The position numbers were made by a program, and so were the translations under genes. The notes below the pieces were generated by a model, which had not been told where the DNA came from, searched no databases, and saw nothing but the letters and a program-made list of their open reading frames with translations. From an uncultured Chloroflexia bacterium (GTDB taxonomy: Bacteria > Chloroflexota > Limnocylindria > Limnocylindrales > CSP1-4), in the NCBI GenBank assembly GCA_963813225.1, contig CAWEYB010000001.1, positions 872,652-936,651 on the forward strand: DNA of 64,000 nt, given 5' to 3'. Each line of letters starts with the position of its first letter. The stretch's first letter is position 1. Shown in pieces: positions 57,598 through 64,000 of the stretch.

Positions 57598-59200
57598 ATG
57601 ACCAACGACTGGGGACCGATCGATCGCCTCGTCGCGCGGGCCGACGCGCTCGCCGGCGCGTGGGGCGCGCGGGCCCGAGCGTCCACGACGATCGGCCAGG
57701 AGCGCGCGATCGTCCGGCTGTTCGGGGTGACCGGGCTCGATGCGGCCGGCCGGCCCCTTGCCGGGGCCGCGGTCGACCGCTGGCTGGCGAGCGAACCCGG
57801 CGTCGCTCGGCAACGGGATCGCCCTGCCGTTCGCGATGGCCCTCCTCGAGTACGACCTCGAGCCCCAGCAGCTGGCGCTCGACGTCGCGTCGGGCGCGAT
57901 CGACCTCGCCCTCGAGGGCGAGCTGCTGCGCGAGCGCGACCGGCGCGCGGTCGCCGAGGTCGAGGCGACCCGGCTCGCGGACGCTCGCGATCGAACGCAT
58001 CGACGCCCAGCGGACGGTCCGCCGCGAGACGCTCGACATGCTCGGCGAAGCGCCGCGTCCGTGGCTCGGCGTCACGCTCCGCGAGCCGGACATCGAGGCG
58101 GCCCTGCACGAGGTCGCCGGCCTGGTCGGGGCGGGCGTCGACCTGGTCCGGATCGAGGTCCCGATCGGGCGCGAGCTGGCCGACCGGATGACCGATGCCG
58201 GTCTCGAGGTTCCCGCCTGGGCGCCTCGCGACGGCGGCGGACCGCCCGGCCGACAACGAGCCACCGGAGCCGGCCCCGACGGGCAGCCAGCGCGCGCTCG
58301 GCCGACTGCGCCGCGCGATCGACCGGGCCGCGGCCCGACGGCGCGCCTACGTCCGCCTCGCGACGACCGCGCCCGCGCTCGGCGCGCCCGAAGGGCGCCG
58401 TCGTCGCGGCGTTCGAGCGGATCGACCTCATCACGTCCGACGCGATGGCCGAGATCATCGCCAATGCCGTCGAGCCGGACCGCGCGCTGTCCGACCACGC
58501 CTTCGCCCATCGCCTGGCTGCCCGGGCCGGAACGGGGATCCTGATCGGTCCGGGGCCGCTCGTCGTCGCCCCCGACCTGACGGCGGGCGTTCCGTCCGAC
58601 CCGGCCACCCGTGCCGGCCGCGCGCTCGCGCTCCAGCTCCTGGGCGTGACCCTGGCCCGGGGTGACGGGCTCGCCGCGGACGCGATCGTCGTCGGGGCGC
58701 TGACGCCGTGGCTGACGGACGAGCCGTCACCGGGCGCCCGGGCCATCGCCGAGGTGGCCGTCCGACGTGCCATCTTCGACGGCCACCCGCTGGGGTTCGT
58801 CGAGCCGTCATCCACGTCCGGACGGGCGGCCCTGTGGCCGTTCGTCGAGGCGGCGGCGGCCGCACACGCCGGAAACGTCGCACTGGTCCTGCGGTCCGCC
58901 GAAGGCGGCACCGACGAGGCGCTCGGAGCCGTCCGCGCCGCGCGCGCAGCATCGCTCGTCTCGGCCGACGTCGCCGAGGCCACCCGGCAGGGACCGCTTG
59001 CCGGCGTGGCGCTTGACCACGCTCGCGGGATGGTCTCGGCTGCGCTGGAGACGCTCGAACGCCTGGCCGACGAGGGCTGGCGGACGGTGGCGGGCGACGC
59101 GCCGCCCCCGGGGCGGACACGGTCGGGCGCGTTCGACGCCGCGACGGAGCGGACCGAGCCCTTCGACCCGTTCGCCGCGACCCTCGGCCGTCGCGCCTGA
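57598..59200 (+). pseudogene. lysine 5,6-aminomutase alpha-subunit (KamD)-like protein; four +1 frameshifts
   Basis: Frames run 1,2,0,1,2. TTIGQERAIVRLFGVTGLD (cf. KamD TTVTVERAVCRLLGIDGVD), GIALPFAMALLEYDLEPQQLALDVASGAIDL, and ERIDAQRTVRRETLDMLGEAPRPWLGVTLREPDIEAALHEVAGLVGAGVDLVRIEV. Junctions lie near 57799, 57983, 58248 and 58394. Confidence 0.65.
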
Positions 59201-59203
59201 TCA

Positions 59204-59890
59204 TCAGACGGCGACGGCCGCTCGTGCCAGCGGCCGGCAGCGGACCGACCCGTCACGCCATTCGAACGCCTCCAGCCGCAGGGCGTTGGGATCGATGGCC
59301 TCGAACTCCTCGGTCAGCCACGTCGCGAACTCGGTGTCGACCTCGATCGGCAGCCCGATCAGCAGGTCGCGCGACGGAGCGATGAACAGGGCCGGACCGG
59401 GCCCGAACAGGTGGTCGATCGCGTCGGGCAGCAGCACGGTCGTCGACGCCCAGCCGTCCCGGGACTGGAACACCGCGACCGGCACGTCGTCCACGGCGTC
59501 GCGGAGGAGGTCGCGCTCGTCGACCTCGCGGGTGCGGTGTCGCAGATTGTCGAGCGCCCGATCCGCCAGCCCGGGCAGGTCGACCGGCCAGTGCGCCAGG
59601 TGCGTCGTCGAGATGCGCATGAAGGCCGGGCCTGCATCGACCCCGAAGCCGACGGTCACGCCCGGCGGCAGCACCGCGAGCGCGGGCGGGTCCACGGGGT
59701 AGCTGGACGGTCGCGCCCTCTCGAAGACGGGCAGGATGTCCGATGCGACGTCCTCCCAGGCGAACCCGTGCGCGTCCAGCCGCCGGAGCGCGTCGCTGAA
59801 CCGTGGGTCATCGTGGACACGCCCCGTGGCCCCGCCGTCGCGGAAGGTGCTCCGCGATCGATCGCCGCGATGGGTCCGCCGCTTCGCCAT
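59204..59890 (-). CDS. hypothetical protein
   Basis: 228-aa ORF with normal composition, convergent with the KamD-like gene. I recognise no motif. Confidence 0.5.
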   Translation of the reverse strand: MAKRRTHRGDRSRSTFRDGGATGRVHDDPRFSDALRRLDAHGFAWEDVASDILPVFERARPSSYPVDPPALAVLPPGVTVGFGVDAGPAFMRISTTHLAHWPVDLPGLADRALDNLRHRTREVDERDLLRDAVDDVPVAVFQSRDGWASTTVLLPDAIDHLFGPGPALFIAPSRDLLIGLPIEVDTEFATWLTEEFEAIDPNALRLEAFEWRDGSVRCRPLARAAVAV

Positions 59891-59935
59891 GGGCGCAGGA
59901 TGCCCGACGGCCCTGCACGCGCGGTTACCGGATGC

Positions 59936-60199
59936 TTATCCGCCGCTTATCGCGGGCAGGACGTGGACCACGGCGGCTGGACGCAGCGGCGTCCCGAGGT
60001 CGCCCGGCTCGCCGTCGACGAACACGTTGATGTGCGGCCGCAGCCGCGGGCCCGCCTCGACCAGCCGATCGCGCAGTCCCGGCACGGACCGGTCGAGCGC
60101 CTCGATCACGGCCGCGACCGTGTCGCCCTCGACCTCCTGCTTGCGGACGGTGCCGGGAAACAGCGCGATGAGCGACCCCGGCAGCATCACCGTCGCCAC
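59936..60199 (-). CDS. MoaD/ThiS-family ubiquitin-like small protein
   Basis: 87 aa ending ...VHVLPAISGG*. A beta-grasp-like pattern reads INVFVDGEPGDLGTPL. It lies 10 nt downstream of the BNR propeller gene. Confidence 0.65.
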   Translation of the reverse strand: MATVMLPGSLIALFPGTVRKQEVEGDTVAAVIEALDRSVPGLRDRLVEAGPRLRPHINVFVDGEPGDLGTPLRPAAVVHVLPAISGG

Positions 60200-60209
60200 G
60201 AGACGTCGG

Positions 60210-61289
60210 TCAGTCCAGGACGGTGGCTTCGACCGCCCAGATCTCGGGCAGCGTGTCGGTGATCATCCGCCACGTGACACCCTCGTCCGAGCTGTGCCAC
60301 ACCTGGCCGGTGGCGGTCCCGAACGTGACGCCGACCGGGTCGAGCGTGTCGCGGGCCATCGCCTCGCGCAGGACCGACATGTAGGCGTCGTGCGTGGGCA
60401 GCCCGTCATCGGAACGGATCCAGGAGGCGCCCCGATCGTGCGTTCGCCACACCGCGGTGTGGCCATCGGGCATGAACCGGCCTTCCTGCGGCGTGCTCAG
60501 CGGGATCAGCCAGCAGGTGGCGGGGTCGCGCGGGTGAGAGACCATGGAAAAGCCGAAGTCGGTCGGCAGCGACCCGGTGATCTCCTGCCACGTCTCCGAC
60601 CCGTCGTCGGAGCGGTAGACACCGTTGTGATTCCGCTGGTAGAAGGTGTCAGGCTCGCCGGCCGCCATCGCGAACTTGTGGACGCATTGCCCGGTCTCCG
60701 GGAAATTCTCGGTCGGGTTGGACTCGGCGCGGACGCCCACGTTGCGCGCCTCCCACGACGCCCCGCCGTCGCGCGTCTCGAACACGCCGACGGCCGAGAT
60801 CCCGACCCAGGTCCGGTCGGTGTCGGTCGGGTGGGGGATGATCGTGTGAAGGATGAGACCGCCCGCGCCGGGCCCCCAGGTCGGGCGGCTCGGATGGTTG
60901 GTCAGGCCCTCGACGTGGCTCCACGTCCTGCCGCGGTCATCGCTCCGGAAGAGTCCGGCCGGCTCGACGCCTGCGAGGATGCCTCCGTCCGGCGTCGTCG
61001 CCAGGCTCCAGATGGTCGTGACCGGCTCGGCGTCGTCGCCGTAGGTCATCCCCGCCGACGAGTGCGTCCATGTGTCGCCGCCGTCCTCGGACCGCCACAT
61101 CGCCGGACCGTACCAGGCGTTCCCGGCGGCGACCAGGATGGCGCCGGTATCGGGCTCGACGATCATGTCGTGGACCGGCCAGCCCTCGCACAGCGGACCC
61201 TTCATCGACCAATCCGTGCGGGCCTCATCGCTGTCGAAGAGGAACGCGCCCTTCTTGGTGCCGACGAGCAGGCGGACGCGCTTCGACAT
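60210..61289 (-). CDS. BNR/Asp-box repeat beta-propeller protein (sialidase-like fold)
   Basis: ATG 61289 is preceded by GAAAGGAGG. There are six Asp-boxes: SEDGGDTW, SDDRGRTW, TRDGGASW, SDDGSETW, THDRGASW, SSDEGVTW. No signal peptide. Confidence 0.75.
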   Translation of the reverse strand: MSKRVRLLVGTKKGAFLFDSDEARTDWSMKGPLCEGWPVHDMIVEPDTGAILVAAGNAWYGPAMWRSEDGGDTWTHSSAGMTYGDDAEPVTTIWSLATTPDGGILAGVEPAGLFRSDDRGRTWSHVEGLTNHPSRPTWGPGAGGLILHTIIPHPTDTDRTWVGISAVGVFETRDGGASWEARNVGVRAESNPTENFPETGQCVHKFAMAAGEPDTFYQRNHNGVYRSDDGSETWQEITGSLPTDFGFSMVSHPRDPATCWLIPLSTPQEGRFMPDGHTAVWRTHDRGASWIRSDDGLPTHDAYMSVLREAMARDTLDPVGVTFGTATGQVWHSSDEGVTWRMITDTLPEIWAVEATVLD

Positions 61290-61376
61290 CTTCGGCCTCC
61301 TTTCGACCCGGTATCGGATACCTAGAGACGCCATTCTCAGACCCGTCTCAAGTCAGCGCAACACCGTCGGGCTACG

Positions 61377-62755
61377 ATGGCCAGCGAGACGATGCCGAAC
61401 CAGCCCGCACGCCCGGTCCCTCTGCCGCGAACGTGGTCGATCGGCGGCACCGAGATGGTCGGGCTGCTGATCGCGAACGGTGTCCTCATCCTCGCGATGT
61501 GGCTCCGCCACGGCGGCCTCGACCAGCTCGATACGCTCGGCGGCCAGCTGACCGCGATCGGCCAGCTCACGGCCCTGTACGGCACGTACATCGCCCTCAT
61601 CCAGCTCGTCCTGATGTCACGCAGCCCGTGGCTGGACCAGGCGTTCGGGATGGACGGTCTGGCCTGGGCGCATCGCTGGCTGGGCTTCGCCTGCGTCTGG
61701 CTGCTGCTCGGGCACGTCGTGTTCATCACGGCCGGCTACGCGCTCGGAGACGGCAGCACGGTCGTCGGCGAGTTCATCACCCTCGTCACGACCTATCCGT
61801 ACGTGCTGATGGCGCTGGTCAGCGGCGGCCTGTTCGCGATGGTCGCCATCAGCTCCATGCGTGCCGCCCGCCATCGCCTGTCGTACGAGACGTGGTACGG
61901 CCTTCACCTGTACGCCTACCTCGCGATCGCGCTCGGGTTCCTGCACCAGGTGTACACCGGCAACGACTTCATCCACGACCCGGTGGCGGTCGGGCTACTG
62001 GCTGGCGCTGTACGTCGCGACCGCCGCGCTCATCCTCGTCTTCCGGGTCGGGCAGCCTGTCTTGCTGTCGGCGCGCCACCGCTTGCGCGTCTCGGTCATC
62101 ACCGACGAGGCGCCCGGCATCTTCTCGATCTACGTGACCGGGCGCGACCTCCACAAGCTGGCGGTCCGCTCGGGCCAGTTCTTCAACTGGCGGTTCCTGA
62201 CCCGTGACGGCTGGTGGCGGGCACATCCGTTCTCGATCTCGTCGGCCCCGAACGGCGCCTGGCTGCGCATCACGATCAAGGAGCTCGGCGACTGGTCGAG
62301 CGCGATGCGGCAGATCCCGATCGGGACGCGGGTGTTCATCGAAGGACCGTATGGCGCACTCACCGGGGCGCGCCGGACCCGCCACAAGGTGCTGTTCATC
62401 GCCGGTGGGATCGGCATCACGCCGCTCCGCGCGCTGTTCGAGGCGCTGCCGGGCCGCCCGGGTGACCTGATGTTGCTCTATCGCGTCCGCGACCCGGCCC
62501 AGATCGTGTTCCGCGCCGAGCTCGAGGAGCTCGCGTGGGCGCGCGACGCCCAGATCCGCTACGTCACCGGAGGGCGCGACGCCCGGACGGGCGACCCGCT
62601 CGGCGCCGACGCGCTGGCACGGATGGTCCCCGACATCCTCGAGCGCGATGTCTACCTGTGCGGCCCGGTCCCGATGATGGAGCGGGTCGAGACGACGCTC
62701 CGTACGATGGGCGTGGCAGACGGGTCAGATCCACCTCGAACGATTCGCCTATTGA
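61377..62755 (+). pseudogene. ferric-reductase-like transmembrane protein with FAD/NAD(P)-binding domain; two +1 frameshifts (about 61992, 62722)
   Basis: The TM haem domain with His pairs (WAHRWLG, GLHLYAYL) is in frame 0. GYWLALYV...RAHPFSISS...LFIAGGIGITP...DVYLCGP is in frame 1. The C-terminus QIHLERFAY* is in frame 2, with TGA at 62753-62755. Confidence 0.8.
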
Positions 62756-62875
62756 GCGCAGCCATGACGGCCCCGATTCTCAGAAGATCCGAAGGATCGG
62801 TCGTCATCCTCGCGCGACCGGTCGGCCCCGGGCAGGTGGGGTCCCCGAGTCGATCGACCAGAACCGGAGGCCCAG

Positions 62876-63875
62876 ATGACTGACCAGCAGCACCCGAGCG
62901 ACGCGACCGAGACGACCCGGACGCCGCTCGCGCCCGCACCGCTCGCGCCCACGCCGCCCGAGCCGTATCCGACGATCGAAACGGGAGGCGTCGCCTTCGC
63001 GGGACCCGTCGGACGGTCCGATGTCCGGTCCGGGACCCGAACGACGGCACGGCGCGTCGGCATCCTCGGCGGCTCGGCGATCCTTCTGCTCGTCGGGATC
63101 GTTGCCGTGATGGCCGCGTCGCCGACGCCGCCCTCGCCCGCGGCAGCGGGCGCCAGCACAGCACCAGACGCGACCGTCGTGCCCGGCGCGAGCGCGGCGC
63201 CCGGATCGTCGGCCCCGACCGGCCATGGCCGCGGCCCGCTCCCGGCCTTCGGCTTCCCCATCGGCCCGGGCGCCGGGTCGTTCGGCGGTCCCGGCTTCGG
63301 TCTTCGGTGGCTTCGGCCTGGGCCAGATCACCATCACCGCCATCGACGGCTCGAAGGTCTCGCTCAAGACCGATGACGGCTGGACCCGGACGATCGCGGT
63401 GACCTCTGACACGAAGATCACCAAGGCCGGCAAGACGATCACGGTCGACGACCTCGCCGTCGGCGACCACGTCCGCATCGCCCAGGACCGCGCCAGCGAC
63501 GGCACCTACACCGTCACCGCGATCATCGTCGTCCTGCCGAGCGTGGCCGGTCAGGTGAGCGCCATCGACGGCGATACGATCACGGTCACCCAGCTTGGCG
63601 GCACCAAGACCACGATCCACGTCGGCGCTTCGACGACGTACACGGTCGACGGCAAGGCCGGCACGCTGTCGGACATCAAGGTCGGCGCGTTCATCGTCGC
63701 CGAGGGCACACAGCGGTCCGATGGCTCGCTCGACGCGGCCAGCGTTCGTGCCGGGTTCGGCGGAAAGCTCGTCCCCGGCGGGCCGAGCTCCGGCAAGCCG
63801 GGCTTCCCTGGCAACCGACACGGCGATGGCACCGCCCCGAACGCCAGCCCTGCCCCATCCACCAGCGCCAGCTGA
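62876..63875 (+). pseudogene. membrane-anchored DUF5666-like repeat protein; +1 frameshift between 63250 and 63302
   Basis: The TM anchor RRVGILGGSAILLLVGIVAVMAA and a Pro/Ala/Gly-rich spacer are in frame 2. Repeated beta modules ITITAIDGSKVSLKTDDGWTRTIAVTSDTKITKAGKTITVDDLAVGDHVRI / VSAIDGDTITVTQLGGTKTTIHVGASTTYTVDGKAGTLSDIKVGAFIVA are in frame 0. Confidence 0.6.
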
Positions 63876-63910
63876 GCGTACGTAGCTGAAAGGCAGACTT
63901 CACACTTCGG

Positions 63911-63945
63911 CCGCGGCGCGCTAGGTCTGGGGGCCCGCGCCGCGG
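63911..63945 (+). terminator. GC-rich hairpin after the DUF5666-like gene (candidate terminator)
   Basis: Perfect 10-bp stem ccgcggcgcg / cgcgccgcgg with a 15-nt loop, 36 nt after the stop. No U-tract. Confidence 0.45.
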
Positions 63946-64000
63946 TCGACTCTCAGGTGGTTCTCACCCTTCCGGCGTTTGATGGAGGGGATCCGGACTC

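Overview
This is a 64-kb high-GC (about 70% by eye) bacterial chromosomal segment with Actinomycetota/Chloroflexota-like coding style. I found no rRNA, tRNA, CRISPR array, transposase or integrase. Layout: (1) 1-7.8 kb holds a translationally coupled operon ilvB'-ilvN-ilvC-leuA-leuB-cimA, then a free-standing LeuA regulatory-domain gene and pheA. (2) 7.8-19.9 kb holds mscL, a HerA/YjgR-like ATPase, an APH-like kinase, ppk2, an ALDH / acyl-CoA dehydrogenase / ADP-forming acyl-CoA synthetase / enoyl-CoA hydratase operon, an epimerase, a flavin reductase and an esterase. (3) 19.9-29.6 kb is one minus-strand operon built around an aminoacyl-tRNA-synthetase-like amino acid:carrier-protein ligase. 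Its other genes encode a carrier protein, an ACAD-like enzyme, DUF1839, a GH2 enzyme, a fused double alpha/beta-hydrolase and a formyltransferase-like/beta-propeller protein. This is the most interesting candidate system, because the pathway product is unknown. (4) 29.8-33.2 kb encodes two paralogous secreted beta-helix proteins with different N-terminal modules. (5) 33.2-52.5 kb is a complete Wzx/Wzy-dependent polysaccharide locus split into two divergent operons. It contains GTs, wzy, wzx, a priming sugar transferase, a Wzz/BY-kinase, two DegT aminotransferases, wecB and a CapD-like dehydratase. (6) 52.5-64 kb holds mixed genes: a zinc-ribbon repeat protein plus a micro-ORF, an MBL hydrolase, an O-methyltransferase, a MoaD-MoaE fusion, DppA, an orphan KamD-like protein, a MoaD-like + BNR propeller pair, a ferric-reductase-like protein and a DUF5666 protein. 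Major caveat: at least 27 single-base indels interrupt otherwise clearly conserved genes. Nearly all are +1 insertions, and most of those I resolved to a base extend a G or C run. Many ORFs in the supplied track are therefore fragments or artificial fusions. I rebuilt those genes by hand and labelled them pseudogene as sequenced, but sequencing or assembly error is the likeliest cause. Many long ORFs in the track are out-of-frame or antisense high-GC artefacts.
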